Source: Candidatus Eiseniibacteriota bacterium
Lineage (GTDB): Bacteria; Eisenbacteria; RBG-16-71-46
NCBI GenBank assembly: GCA_963725865.1
Contig: CAVSAC010000010.1
Coordinates: 672,001 to 736,000, forward strand
Direction of reading: 5' to 3'
Length of the DNA: 64,000 bases
Part shown: in pieces, positions 22,017-33,698 of the stretch
How the letters are laid out: each line of letters starts with the position of its first letter
Position numbering within the stretch: position 1 is the first letter of the stretch
Notes under the pieces: model-generated
Seen by the model: only the letters and a program-made list of their open reading frames with translations
Told to the model about the DNA's origin: nothing
The model's database searches: none
Made by a program: the position numbers and the translations under genes

Positions 22017-23417
22017 TCATCCGCCGGCGCCGCCGCCCGCCTCGAGGCCGGGCTGCGTCTGGCGCGCCGGATCGAGCGCGGCGTCGAGCTCGGCGACCGA
22101 CAGGCCGGTCATCTCCCGCGCCAGCTCACGCACGGTGCGCCGCTCCTTGAACGAGCGCTTGGCGATCTCCGCGGCCTTGTCGTAGCCGATCAGCGGATTG
22201 AGCGCGGTCGCCATGCTGGGCGAGATCTCGATGTAGCCGCGGCAGGTCTCCTCGTTCGCGGTGAGCCCCGCCAGCGCCTTGTCCGCGAACACGCGCGAGA
22301 CCCGCGCCAGCAGGTGGATGCTCTCGAGCAGGTTGCGCGCGATCAACGGCAGCATGGTGTTGAGGTCGAGCTGGCCCCACTGCGCGCCCACCGTGACCGC
22401 GACGTGGTTGCCCATCACCTGCGCGCCGACCTGCATCACCGCCTCGCACATCACCGGGTTCACCTTGCCCGGCATGATGCTGGAGCCCGGCTGGATCGCG
22501 GGCAGCGTGAGCTCGCCCAGCCCGCAGCGCGGACCGCTCCCGAGCAGGCGCACGTCGTTCGCGATCTTCATGAGGCTGGCCGCCGTGCTGTTGAGCGCAG
22601 CGCTCGCCCAGAGCGCGCCGTCCTGGGCCGCCTGCGCCTCGAAGTGGTTGCGCGCCTCGACGAATCGCGTGCCCGCGAGGCGGCCGAGCTCGTCGGCCAT
22701 GCGGCGGCCGAACTCGGGATGCGTGTTGAGCCCGGTGCCGACCGCGGTGCCGCCGATCGCCAGCTCGCGCAGGTCGTCGAACGTGGCCTTCACGCGCGCG
22801 ATCGAGTGCTCGACCTGCGACGCATAGCCCGAGAACTCCTGCCCGAGGCGGATGGGCGTGGCGTCCATGAGGTGCGTGCGTCCGGTCTTCATCACGCCGT
22901 GGAACGCCTTCGCCTTCGCGTCGAGCACCTCGTGCAGGTGTTCGAGCGCCGGCAGCAGCTCGCGCTCGAGCTGCAGCAGAGCCGCGACGTGCACGACCGC
23001 CGGAATGACGTCGTTGCTGCTCTGCCCGAAGTTGACGTGGTCGTTGGGGTGCACCTTCGTCCCCGACGCCCGCGAGGCGAGCCGCGCGATGACCTCGTTC
23101 GCGTTCATGTTGCTGCTGGTGCCGCTGCCGGTCTGGAACACGTCGATCGGGAACTCGGCGTCCCACTTGCCGTCGGCCACCTCGCGCGCGGCGGCGCCGA
23201 TCGCCTTCGCGATCGCGCCGTCGACCGTGCCGAGGTCGGCGTTCACCTTCGCCGCGGCGGCCTTCACCAGCGCGAGCGCGTGGATGAACTCCGCCGGCAT
23301 CGGGCGCCCCGACACCGGGAAGTTCTCGACCGCACGTTGCGTCTGGGGACCCCACAGGGCCTGCGTGGGCACCTGCATCTCCCCCATGCTGTCCTTTTCG
23401 ATCCGGTACTCGGTCAT
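22017..23417 (-). CDS. fumC: Class II fumarate hydratase
   Basis: QTGSGTSSNMNANEV, QSSND, KTGRTHLMDATP, GSSIMPGKVNP. Confidence 0.95.
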   Translation of the reverse strand: MTEYRIEKDSMGEMQVPTQALWGPQTQRAVENFPVSGRPMPAEFIHALALVKAAAAKVNADLGTVDGAIAKAIGAAAREVADGKWDAEFPIDVFQTGSGTSSNMNANEVIARLASRASGTKVHPNDHVNFGQSSNDVIPAVVHVAALLQLERELLPALEHLHEVLDAKAKAFHGVMKTGRTHLMDATPIRLGQEFSGYASQVEHSIARVKATFDDLRELAIGGTAVGTGLNTHPEFGRRMADELGRLAGTRFVEARNHFEAQAAQDGALWASAALNSTAASLMKIANDVRLLGSGPRCGLGELTLPAIQPGSSIMPGKVNPVMCEAVMQVGAQVMGNHVAVTVGAQWGQLDLNTMLPLIARNLLESIHLLARVSRVFADKALAGLTANEETCRGYIEISPSMATALNPLIGYDKAAEIAKRSFKERRTVRELAREMTGLSVAELDAALDPARQTQPGLEAGGGAGG

Positions 23418-23466
23418 CGTCCTCTCCTCGCCGCGGGCGTCCCGTGGGGCGCTCGCCGCGCGCCGG

Positions 23467-23895
23467 TCATGCCGGCACGATCTCGAAGCGGCTCACGATC
23501 TCGATGTCGTGGTCGAGTGATGCGTGCACCGCGCAGTACTTGGTGTCGCTCAGCGTGATCGCCTCCTGGACCGCGCTCGGGCTGATGTCGCGGCCCGTGA
23601 CGCGATGCAGGATCTCGATCCGCACGTAGCGCTTCGGGTGTTCGTCGCGCTGTTCGCCGGAGACGAGCACCTCGTAGTGAGTCACATCCTGGCGCTTCTT
23701 GCGCAGGATGCTCGCCACGTCCATCGCCGTGCAACCGCCCAGCGCCACGAGCACCAGCTCGACCGGGCTCGGCGCGCTGCCCCCCACCGGGTTGTCCAGC
23801 ACCATCCGGTGGCCGCCGCCGGTGATCGCCTCGAACCTCAGGCTCGAGCCCGCGGGGGACTCGAGGGTCAGACGGGCGCTCTTGGGGCTCGGCAT
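23467..23895 (-). CDS. OsmC family protein
   Basis: SPVELVLVALGGCTAMDV and KYCAVHASL. Confidence 0.9.
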   Translation of the reverse strand: MPSPKSARLTLESPAGSSLRFEAITGGGHRMVLDNPVGGSAPSPVELVLVALGGCTAMDVASILRKKRQDVTHYEVLVSGEQRDEHPKRYVRIEILHRVTGRDISPSAVQEAITLSDTKYCAVHASLDHDIEIVSRFEIVPA

Positions 23896-23911
23896 CGCAC
23901 CTCCCGCACGC

Positions 23912-25318
23912 TCACGGGATGGCCCCGAGCGTGCGCAGCTTGTTGTACCCGTCGAGCGCCGCCACCTTGTAACACTCGGCGAGCGTCGGGTAGTTGAACA
24001 CGTTGTACACCAGGTAGTCGAGCGTGCCGCCGAGTCCCATGACGGCCTGGCCGATGTGCACCAGCTCGGTGGCCTGAGTGCCCATGATCCACACCCCGAG
24101 GATGCGCCGCGTCTCGAGGTGGACGATCAGCTTGAGCATGCCGTCGGGGTCGCCGAGGATCTGCCCGCGGGCGATCTCGCGATAGCGCGCCACGCCGACC
24201 TCGTACGGCACGCCGCGCGCGGTGAGATCCGCCTCGGTCGCGCCGACCCACGCGACCTCGGGGATGGCGTAGATCCCGTACGGGAACAGCTCGGGCGTGC
24301 TCGCGGTCTCGATCCCGAACGCGTGGCAGGCGGCCAGCCGGCCCTGCTCGCTGCTGGTCGACGCGAGCGCCGGGGCGCCGATCACGTCGCCGACGGCGTA
24401 GAGGTGCGGGACCGTGGTCTGGTAGTGCTCGCCCACCGCGATCCGTCCGCGCGCGTCGGCGGTCAGGCCGGCGCGTTCGAGCGCCAGCTCCGAGGTCGCC
24501 CCCTGGCGACCGGCGGAGACCAGCACCAGGTCGGCGGCGATGCGCTTGCCGCTCGCGAGCACCGCGAGCGCCTGGGTGCTCCCGCCGAGCTGCAGGTGGT
24601 CGACGCGCTCCCCCAGTCGCAGCGTGATGCCCATGGCCCGGATCTGGTGCGTGAACTCCTGCACCACCTCGGCGTCCACCATGTCCAGGAGCCGGTCGCG
24701 CTGGTCGAGCAGCGTGACCTCGACGCCGAGGGCGGCGAACATCGTGGCGTACTCGACGCCGATGATGCCGGCACCCACCACCACGAGGCTACGCGGCAGC
24801 GTCGCGAGCGTCAGGATGTCGTCGCTCGTCATCACGGTCCGGTGATCGACCTCGATGCCGGATGGCACGCCGGGCGTGCTGCCCACCGCGATCACGATCG
24901 CGTCCGCCTCGAGCCGCTGCGGGTGGGCGGGGTCGGAACCGGTGACGCTCACCGTGTGCGGGTCCTCGAACGCGCCCACTCCGGCGAACACCTGCACGCC
25001 ATTGCGCGCGAGCTGGGCCTGCACGACGTCCCGCTCGATCCCCATCACGCGGTCGGCACGCGCGAGCAGCTCCTGCATCGAGACGTCGCCGCGACGCTTC
25101 AGCGCCTCGCCATAGAGCGCGTGCCGCCGTACGCCGGAGAGGTCGAGCACCGCCTCGCGCAGGGTCTTGCTCGGGATCGTCCCGGTGTTGATGCTCACGC
25201 CGCCCACCTGGCGGCGCTTCTCGACGATCGCCACGCTGTGCCCCAGCTTCGCCGACTGGACGGCGGCGCGCTGGCCGGCCGGACCGCTGCCGATCACCAC
25301 CAGCTCGAAGCGCGGCAT
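23912..25318 (-). CDS. sthA: Soluble pyridine nucleotide transhydrogenase
   Basis: GSGPAGQRAA, GGVSINTGTIPSKTLREA (no redox CxxxxC), FNYPTLAECYKVAA. Confidence 0.92.
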   Translation of the reverse strand: MPRFELVVIGSGPAGQRAAVQSAKLGHSVAIVEKRRQVGGVSINTGTIPSKTLREAVLDLSGVRRHALYGEALKRRGDVSMQELLARADRVMGIERDVVQAQLARNGVQVFAGVGAFEDPHTVSVTGSDPAHPQRLEADAIVIAVGSTPGVPSGIEVDHRTVMTSDDILTLATLPRSLVVVGAGIIGVEYATMFAALGVEVTLLDQRDRLLDMVDAEVVQEFTHQIRAMGITLRLGERVDHLQLGGSTQALAVLASGKRIAADLVLVSAGRQGATSELALERAGLTADARGRIAVGEHYQTTVPHLYAVGDVIGAPALASTSSEQGRLAACHAFGIETASTPELFPYGIYAIPEVAWVGATEADLTARGVPYEVGVARYREIARGQILGDPDGMLKLIVHLETRRILGVWIMGTQATELVHIGQAVMGLGGTLDYLVYNVFNYPTLAECYKVAALDGYNKLRTLGAIP

Positions 25319-25345
25319 CGATGCCCTCCGGGAGTCCGGACCGGT

Positions 25346-26692
25346 TCAGCCGTTCGAGCGCGCGGAACCGCCATCCGACGGCGCGTCGAGCGACAGCTCC
25401 AGCTCCTCGTCCGACAGCACCGCGCGACGATTGAGGATCTGCGCGGTGTCGTGCTCGAAGAACAGGTGCGAGAGGTGATCGAGTCCCACCTCGATCTGCT
25501 TGCGGAGGCCCACCATCTTCACGAGGTAGTTGGCGGCCCACATCAGCCAGGCGAGGCGGCCGGAGAAGCGCACGCCCAGCACCTCGGCGACGCTGCTGTG
25601 CTGGCCGAGCGAGACGATGTAGCCGAGGTTGTGGAACCCGAACGGCTTCGGCGGCAGCGCGCGCGCCCTCCGCACCAGGCTCTCCCCGACGTGGGCGCCC
25701 ATCGCGATCGCGGTCTGCGCGAGCATCGGCTGGAGGCCGCCGTCGGGCGCCGGCGCGGCCGCACAGTCCCCGATCACGTGTACGTCCTCGCGCGGCGCGC
25801 CGTCGGGTGCCCGCGCATGCAGATCGTCGTCGACCTGCACGCGGCCGTCCGGCGCGTGCGCCAGCGGCAGGCTCCGCACCAGCTCGGGCGGCTTCACCCC
25901 CGCGGTCCAGATCGTGGTGAACGCGGGCACCCGCGTTCCGTCGCGCAGCACCACCACACGCGGCTCGACGGCCGCCGCGAGCGCGCGCAGCCGCACCCGC
26001 ACGCCGCGCCGCTCGAGGTGCCGCAGCACGTACTCGGAGTGCGCCGGCCGCGCCTGGGTCACGAGCCGCTCCCCGCCCTCGAGCACCGTGATCGTGACGT
26101 GCGACGGATGCACGCTCGGATACTTGGGCAGCAGGGTCTCGTGCGTCATCTCGACCAGCTCGGCCGCCACCTCGACGCCGGTGACACCGCCCCCGACGAT
26201 CACGAACGAGAGCAGTTGGCGGCGGCGCTCCTCGGTGGTCGCCTGCTCAGCCATCTCGAACAGCTCGACCACGCGCGCGCGCAGCCACATCGCGTCGGCG
26301 ATCGTCTTGAACGGTCGTGCGTGCTGCTCGGCTCCGGGCACGTCGTACCAGTTGGTGACGCTGCCGACGGCGATCACGAGGTGATCCCACGGCTGCTCGA
26401 GGCCGTTGTGCAGATGGACGATTCGCCGCTCGAGGTCGATGTGGGTCGCCTTGTTCTTGTGGAATCGCACCTGGCGGTGGCGCGCCATGATGCGCAGCGG
26501 GTAGACGATGTGACGCGTCTCGACCGCGCCGACGGCGACCGCCGGCATCAGCGGATTGAACTGGAAGAAGTTCTCCTTGTCGACGATGAGCGTGTCCCAG
26601 TACCCGCGCGCGACGCGCGAGCGGCCGATCGCCCGCGCCACGTCGAGGCCGCCGAAACCGCAACCCAGGATCAGGAGCCGATGTCCGGACAT
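25346..26692 (-). CDS. ndh: Type II NADH dehydrogenase-like FAD oxidoreductase
   Basis: GCGFGG, FNPLMPAVAVG, VGGGVTGVEVAAEL, IWTAGV, IGDCA. Confidence 0.85.
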   Translation of the reverse strand: MSGHRLLILGCGFGGLDVARAIGRSRVARGYWDTLIVDKENFFQFNPLMPAVAVGAVETRHIVYPLRIMARHRQVRFHKNKATHIDLERRIVHLHNGLEQPWDHLVIAVGSVTNWYDVPGAEQHARPFKTIADAMWLRARVVELFEMAEQATTEERRRQLLSFVIVGGGVTGVEVAAELVEMTHETLLPKYPSVHPSHVTITVLEGGERLVTQARPAHSEYVLRHLERRGVRVRLRALAAAVEPRVVVLRDGTRVPAFTTIWTAGVKPPELVRSLPLAHAPDGRVQVDDDLHARAPDGAPREDVHVIGDCAAAPAPDGGLQPMLAQTAIAMGAHVGESLVRRARALPPKPFGFHNLGYIVSLGQHSSVAEVLGVRFSGRLAWLMWAANYLVKMVGLRKQIEVGLDHLSHLFFEHDTAQILNRRAVLSDEELELSLDAPSDGGSARSNG

Positions 26693-26736
26693 GGGGACGC
26701 AGGATAGCAGATGACGACTCTGATACAGTGCGCGCG

Positions 26737-27696
26737 ATGCCGTCGATCTCGGTGCTCCTACCGGTGCGAGATGCCGACCCGTGGCTCGACGCCTCGCTCG
26801 CGTCGCTGTGGCGGCAGACCTTCGCCGACTTCGAGGTGATCGCGGTCGACGACGGCTCCACCGACGGCTCCGGCGAGCGGCTCGACCGTGCCGCGGGACG
26901 CGAGCCCCGCCTGCACGTGATCCACACCCCGCCCCGCGGGCTGCCCCAGGCGCTCGAGACGGCGCGGGCGCACGCGCGCGGAGCGTTTCTGGCGCGCCAC
27001 GACGCCGACGACCTCTCGCACCGCCGCCGCTTCGCGCTCCAGCTCGCCCACCTGCGCGCGCATCCGCGCGTGGCAGTGGTGGGCAGTCGCCTGCGCCTGT
27101 TCCCCGCGGCGCACTCCGGCGCCGGCATGCTCCGGTGGGCGCGGTGGCACGACACGCTGATCACCCACGAGCGGATGGCCGACGAGGCGCTCATCGACAG
27201 CCCGCTGGCGCACGGCACCGCGATGATGCGCGCGTGGTGGCTGGCGCGGGTCGGCGGCTGGCGCGAGCGCGGATGGGCGGAGGACCTCGACCTGTGGCTG
27301 CGGCTGCTGGCCGCCGGCGCGCGATTCGCGAAACTCCCGCAGACGCTCTACGGCTGGCGGCAGCATGCCCGCTCGTCGACGCGCTGCGATCCCCGCTATG
27401 CCAGCGAGCGCTTCCGCGATCTGCGCGAGCACTTCCTGCTGCGCACGTTGCTGCGCCGCCGCCCGCACATCACGCTGGTCGGCGTCGGCGCGACCGCGGC
27501 CGCGTGGGCGGAGCGACTCGCCGCTCACCGCCGGGTGACGCGCGTCACCGCCGGGCGTCCGTCCGCTCCCGCAATCGCGCGAATGGAGCCACCCGTCGTG
27601 CTGGTGTTCGGCGCCGCCCCCGCGCGCGAGCGCTGGCGCTATCCACTCGCCGCGTGCGGCATGGCGGAACGCCGTGACTTCGTCTTCATCGCCTGA
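26737..27696 (+). CDS. Glycosyltransferase family 2
   Basis: ISVLLPV, VDDGSTDGS, ARHDADD, EDLDLWLR. Confidence 0.9.
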   Translation: MPSISVLLPVRDADPWLDASLASLWRQTFADFEVIAVDDGSTDGSGERLDRAAGREPRLHVIHTPPRGLPQALETARAHARGAFLARHDADDLSHRRRFALQLAHLRAHPRVAVVGSRLRLFPAAHSGAGMLRWARWHDTLITHERMADEALIDSPLAHGTAMMRAWWLARVGGWRERGWAEDLDLWLRLLAAGARFAKLPQTLYGWRQHARSSTRCDPRYASERFRDLREHFLLRTLLRRRPHITLVGVGATAAAWAERLAAHRRVTRVTAGRPSAPAIARMEPPVVLVFGAAPARERWRYPLAACGMAERRDFVFIA

Positions 27697-27833
27697 GGGC
27701 GCGTCCGTGAGCCAATATCACTCGCTCGCGAATCGTCTCCGTTTCGATGGATTGACACGCTGTCTCCGGTGTGGCCTAGTTGCGCCGTCCCCGCGATTGA
27801 TATTCTGCTGGAATCTACAGGCTGGGAGGACCC

Positions 27834-28178
27834 ATGGCGAAGTCGCGCAAGAAACGTCAGAACTACACGGTGGAGCAGCGGACGCAGATCCTCGCGGCCG
27901 CCCAGAAGGACCGCCTCACCGCCGCGCAGGTGCAGAAGAAGTTCGGCGTCACACCGGTGACCTACTACTCCTGGCGCAAGAAGAGCGGCGCCGCCCGCCG
28001 TCGCGGCGGTCGCGGTGTCGTCGTCGGCACCCCGGCCGGTGACCTGCACGGGCAGGTGCGCGCCGAAGTCCAGGCGAAGGTGCGCCAGATCCTGCCGGGT
28101 ATCGTGCGCGGCGAGGTGAGCGCGTACCTCGACACCTTGTTCGGCGGCCGCCGTCGCGGCCGGCGGCTCAAGGTCTAA
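27834..28178 (+). CDS. Small basic HTH protein (HTH_Tnp_1-like)
   Basis: GGAGG RBS; YTVEQRTQIL..TAAQVQKKFGVTPVTYYSWRKK. Confidence 0.8.
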   Translation: MAKSRKKRQNYTVEQRTQILAAAQKDRLTAAQVQKKFGVTPVTYYSWRKKSGAARRRGGRGVVVGTPAGDLHGQVRAEVQAKVRQILPGIVRGEVSAYLDTLFGGRRRGRRLKV

Positions 28179-28185
28179 CCGCCGC

Positions 28186-28216
28186 CGCCGGGCCCGGGAG
28201 CCGCCCGGGCCCGGCG
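28186..28216 (+). terminator. Hairpin after HTH gene
   Basis: 13-bp stem CGCCGGGCCCGGG/CCCGGGCCCGGCG. Confidence 0.5.
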
Positions 28217-28264
28217 ACTCGTGTCCCGCCCCCACGGCCGCCTCCACACCCCCCGGAGGAATGA

Positions 28265-29140
28265 ATGATGTGGATTCGCCGTGCGCTGCTCGTGCTGGGC
28301 GCGCTGGCCGCATGCGTGGTGGCAGCCGCGGTGGTGCTGGTACTCCACGGCCGCGATCTGGTCCTGAGTCCCGTCTCCAATCCGATCCAGCCGCTCCGGG
28401 TCGCGCCGGATTCCACGTTGCTCGCGCGCGGCGAGCACATCTCCCGCTTCCTGTGCTCGTCGTGTCACGCCGCCGGCGACCCGGAGGTGCTGTCGGGAGG
28501 CAGCGAGAACTTCGCCGCGCTGCCCGACGGTCCCACGCTCGGCGTGATCGTGGCGCCCAATCTGACGCGCGGCGGGCACATCGCCCACATGTCCGACGGC
28601 GAGCTCGCGCGCGCGATCCGCGAGGGTGTCGGGCACGACAACCGTCCGCTGGTCGTGATGCCGTCGTACGCGTTGCACCGCCTGTCCGACCGCGACCTCG
28701 CCGGGGTGATCGCGTACCTGCGTCGCCAGCCGCCGGTGCGCCGCGACGTGCCCGCTCGCTCGCTGAACCTGCTCGGCTACGCGGTGCTCGGCACCCACAT
28801 GTTCCCGGTCAGCGTGCAGCCGCCGGTGACGGAGTCGGCGGCGGATCCGGCGGCGGCGCCCACCGCCGAGTACGGCGCGTACACGGCGGAGATCGCCGAC
28901 TGCGCCGTGTGTCACGGTTCCGGCCTGCGAGGAGGGCGCAAGGGCCAGCTGCCCCCGATCGGTCCGGACCTGGTGGCGTTCGCCAAGGCGCAGCCGCTCG
29001 AAGCGTTCTCCGGCGCCCTGCGCGAAGGGCGGAACCCGAACGGTGGCGCGCTCGATCCGCGGCGCATGCCGTGGATCACCTACGCGCATCTGGACGACGT
29101 GGAGACCGAGGCGATCTGGCGCTACCTGCGCTCCCGATGA
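28265..29140 (+). CDS. Membrane-anchored diheme cytochrome c
   Basis: N-terminal TM; CSSCH and CAVCH; APNLT and distal MP motifs. Confidence 0.88.
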   Translation: MMWIRRALLVLGALAACVVAAAVVLVLHGRDLVLSPVSNPIQPLRVAPDSTLLARGEHISRFLCSSCHAAGDPEVLSGGSENFAALPDGPTLGVIVAPNLTRGGHIAHMSDGELARAIREGVGHDNRPLVVMPSYALHRLSDRDLAGVIAYLRRQPPVRRDVPARSLNLLGYAVLGTHMFPVSVQPPVTESAADPAAAPTAEYGAYTAEIADCAVCHGSGLRGGRKGQLPPIGPDLVAFAKAQPLEAFSGALREGRNPNGGALDPRRMPWITYAHLDDVETEAIWRYLRSR

Positions 29141-29195
29141 CGGGACTGGACCGCGCCATCGCGTGCGGCCCGCGGCGCCACGACCGCCTCACGGC

Positions 29196-29903
29196 TCAGG
29201 CGCGGGGCTTCAGCAGGCTCGCGGCGGCGGCATCGAGGTGCCACTCGCGGCGTGCGAGTAGGGTGGCGGGCGCGCCGGCGGCGGCTCGCGGCGGCTCCAG
29301 CGCCCGCCGCACGGCCGCGGCCTTGGCGGTACCGATCGCGAGCACCAGCACCTCGCGCGCGGCCGCGAGCGCCGGCGGCAGCAGCGTCATCCGCGTCGGC
29401 GGCGGCTTCGGGCTGTCGCGCACGATGCCGACCCGCCGGGTCTCCTCGCCGAGCAGCGGCGAGCCCGGGAACAGCGACGCGACGTGCCCATCCTCCCCGA
29501 GTCCCAGCACGATCAGGTCGAGCGGCTCGGCGACCAGCGCCTCGTAGTCGCGCGCCGCGGCTTCGAGGTCGGCGGCCTCGGCGTGCATGCGGTGCACGTT
29601 CGCCGCCAGCACCGGCACCCGCGCGAGCAGGCGTTCGTGCACGAAGCGGAAGTTGCTCTGGGGATCGTCCGGCGGCACCGCCCGCTCGTCGACGAACAGC
29701 ACGTGGACCCGGCTCCAGTCGATCGGCACGCCGGGCACGCCGTCCGCCAACAACGCGTAGGCGGGCTCGGGGCTGCGCCCGCCGGGCAACGCGAGCCGGA
29801 AGCGCCCGCGCGTCGCGATCGCACGGCCGGCGGCGGTCGCGACGCGGTGAGCCACCGCCGCGCCGAACGCGGCGGCGCTTCCGTGCACGGTCACGCGCGG
29901 CAT
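29196..29903 (-). CDS. pgl: 6-phosphogluconolactonase
   Basis: LALPGGRSP, DERAVP, LGLGEDGHVASLFP. Confidence 0.93.
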   Translation of the reverse strand: MPRVTVHGSAAAFGAAVAHRVATAAGRAIATRGRFRLALPGGRSPEPAYALLADGVPGVPIDWSRVHVLFVDERAVPPDDPQSNFRFVHERLLARVPVLAANVHRMHAEAADLEAAARDYEALVAEPLDLIVLGLGEDGHVASLFPGSPLLGEETRRVGIVRDSPKPPPTRMTLLPPALAAAREVLVLAIGTAKAAAVRRALEPPRAAAGAPATLLARREWHLDAAAASLLKPRA

Positions 29904-29910
29904 GGGATCC

Positions 29911-31425
<1,515 letters not shown>

Positions 31426-31426
31426 G

Positions 31427-32323
31427 CTATCGCTCCTTCACCGCGTGGCCGCCGAACTGGTTGCGCAGGGCCGCGAGCACCTTGTCGCGGAACGAGTCGT
31501 CCTGGCGCGAGCGGAAGCGATTCAGCAGCGCGAGCGTGAGCACCTCGGCCGGCACGTCGAGGTCGATCGCGGCCTGCACCGTCCAGCGCCCTTCGCCCGA
31601 GTCGGCCACGAATCCACGGATCCGATCCAGGCCGGGATCGGCGGTGAACGCGAGCTCGGCCAGCTCCAGCAGCCACGAGCGCACCACGCTGCCCTGGTTC
31701 CAGAGGTGCGCGAGCTGCGCGAGGTCGTACGGGTACTCGCTCTTCTTCAGGATCTCGAAGCCCTCGGCGTACGACTGCATCATGCCGTACTCGATCCCAT
31801 TGTGGATCATCTTCGAGAAGTGACCCGCCCCGGCCGGTCCGACGTGACGCCAGCCGTCGGGGGGCGCCAGCGAGTCGAGCGCGGGCTTCAGCCGCGCGAT
31901 CCCCTCGGCGGGTCCTCCCGCCATGATGCAATAGCCCTTCTCGAGTCCCCAGATGCCGCCCGAGGTACCGGCGTCCACGAACAGCAGGCCGGCGGCGCTC
32001 AAGCGCGCGGCGCGGCGCTTGGAGTCCTGATAGTTGGAGTTGCCGCCGTCCACGATCAGATCACCCTTCGCCATCAGCGGCAGCAGCGTGTCGAGGGCGT
32101 CGTCCACCGGCTGGCCGGCCGGGATCATGAGCCACACGGTGCGCGGCGCCTTCAGCGCCTGCACCGCCTCGGCGAGCGAATGCGCCGGCACCGCGCCGGC
32201 GGACTTCGCCTCGTCGACCGGACCGCTGGAGCGGTTGAACGCCACCACGCGGTGGCCGCGGAGCAGCAGGCGGTACGCCATGTTGAGGCCCATGCGGCCG
32301 AGGCCGACGATCGCCAGATCCAT
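31427..32323 (-). CDS. gnd: Decarboxylating 6-phosphogluconate dehydrogenase (short type)
   Basis: GLGRMG, DGGNSN, KMIHNGIEYG, LRNQFGGH. Confidence 0.94.
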   Translation of the reverse strand: MDLAIVGLGRMGLNMAYRLLLRGHRVVAFNRSSGPVDEAKSAGAVPAHSLAEAVQALKAPRTVWLMIPAGQPVDDALDTLLPLMAKGDLIVDGGNSNYQDSKRRAARLSAAGLLFVDAGTSGGIWGLEKGYCIMAGGPAEGIARLKPALDSLAPPDGWRHVGPAGAGHFSKMIHNGIEYGMMQSYAEGFEILKKSEYPYDLAQLAHLWNQGSVVRSWLLELAELAFTADPGLDRIRGFVADSGEGRWTVQAAIDLDVPAEVLTLALLNRFRSRQDDSFRDKVLAALRNQFGGHAVKER

Positions 32324-32467
32324 TGGGAGGGGCTCCTTCCTCGAGTCGGGACGCGCCGGGGGAGGCGGGCGCAGGGCGGAATGTCGGCGCGGATGTAAGC
32401 GCGGGATGGCCTGCGCGCGCAAGTGCGATGTGGCCGCCGCCGCGTCGTGCGCGGGGCGGCGACCGCG

Positions 32468-33655
32468 CTACTCGACGGGCAGCGGCTGGTGCGCCGCCGC
32501 GACGTCGGCATGGGACCGGGGCAGGCGCGGCAGGCTGACGGCGCACGCGAGCCCCACCAGCAGCAGCGCGGTGAGCGTGGCCAGTGCCAGCGGCAGCCCG
32601 CGATGGTCGGCAAGCGCCCCGATCGGCCCGATGAGCAGCGCCCCGACCCCCCACGCCGCGCCCATCAGCAGGCTCGAGATGGTGCTGGAGTGGCGCGGCG
32701 AGAGCTCCTGGCCGAGCACCACGTTGACCGGCAGCGAGGCCTGCAGCACGAACGCTCCCACCACCAGGCACGCGAGCCCCGCCGCGTCCGGGAGGAGCAG
32801 AAACGCGACGAACAGCGGGGTCGAGCCGACGAACGAGATCACCACCACGCGTCGGCCGCCGATGCGCTCCGCGAGCCAGCCGCCCAGGAATCCGCCGAGT
32901 GCGCCCGCGGCGAGGTAGGCCGTCACCAGCAGGCCGCCCGTCTCGACGCTGTAGCCATGGCGATTCAGGTGGATGGGCAGGAACGTCATGAAACCGAACG
33001 ACACCGCCGAGCGGCACACCACCACCAGGTAGAGCAGCGTCAGCGGCCGCATGACCGGCCGCAGTTCGCGCAGCGCGGGGCGCTGGCCGCCGGCGTGCCG
33101 GGGCATCGCGATCCGCGTGGTCTGCAGCGACAGCAGCAGGCCGAGCACCAGCCCGGGCGCCATCGCGAGCCAGGCCCGATCGAGCCCTACCCAGCGGGTG
33201 ACGGTGACGGCGTAGAGCGGCCCGAGCGCGAAGCCGAGCGTGCCCCCGGTGATGAAGATGGACATCGCCACTGAGCGGCGGCCCTCGACGTGGGCCGCGA
33301 GCACGGCCGCCTGGGGATGGAACGCCGCCACCCCGAGCCCGCCGATCATCAACAGCCCGATCAGCGCGGGGTACGTCGGCGCACTGCCGACGGAGGCCAG
33401 GAACGCGGCCCCCACCAGCGGGCCGACGGCCACGAACCACGGGCGACGCAGATGGTCGGACAGCCATCCGAACAGCGGCTGGGAGAACGATGAGGCGAGG
33501 GAGCCGAGCGCGACCAGCGCGCCGACGCGCGTCAGGCTGAGGTCGAGCCGCTGCATGAGCAGCGGCAGCAACGGCGGGTAGAACGACGAGTACGCGTCGA
33601 TCGTGAAGTGCGCGAAAGCGAGCAGCGCGAGTCGTCCGCCCAGGAGGCGTCGCAT
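32468..33655 (-). CDS. MFS transporter (Fsr-like)
   Basis: AHFTIDAY, SQPLFGWLSD, GVAAFHPQA; about 12 TM segments. Confidence 0.88.
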   Translation of the reverse strand: MRRLLGGRLALLAFAHFTIDAYSSFYPPLLPLLMQRLDLSLTRVGALVALGSLASSFSQPLFGWLSDHLRRPWFVAVGPLVGAAFLASVGSAPTYPALIGLLMIGGLGVAAFHPQAAVLAAHVEGRRSVAMSIFITGGTLGFALGPLYAVTVTRWVGLDRAWLAMAPGLVLGLLLSLQTTRIAMPRHAGGQRPALRELRPVMRPLTLLYLVVVCRSAVSFGFMTFLPIHLNRHGYSVETGGLLVTAYLAAGALGGFLGGWLAERIGGRRVVVISFVGSTPLFVAFLLLPDAAGLACLVVGAFVLQASLPVNVVLGQELSPRHSSTISSLLMGAAWGVGALLIGPIGALADHRGLPLALATLTALLLVGLACAVSLPRLPRSHADVAAAHQPLPVE

Positions 33656-33698
33656 GAGGGGTGCGACACTAGCACAGCTCCGGCGGAGCGCGGTCCGG

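Noticed and set aside
27834..28178. IS3-family insertion sequence
   Set aside because: No DDE OrfB, slippery site or terminal inverted repeats seen
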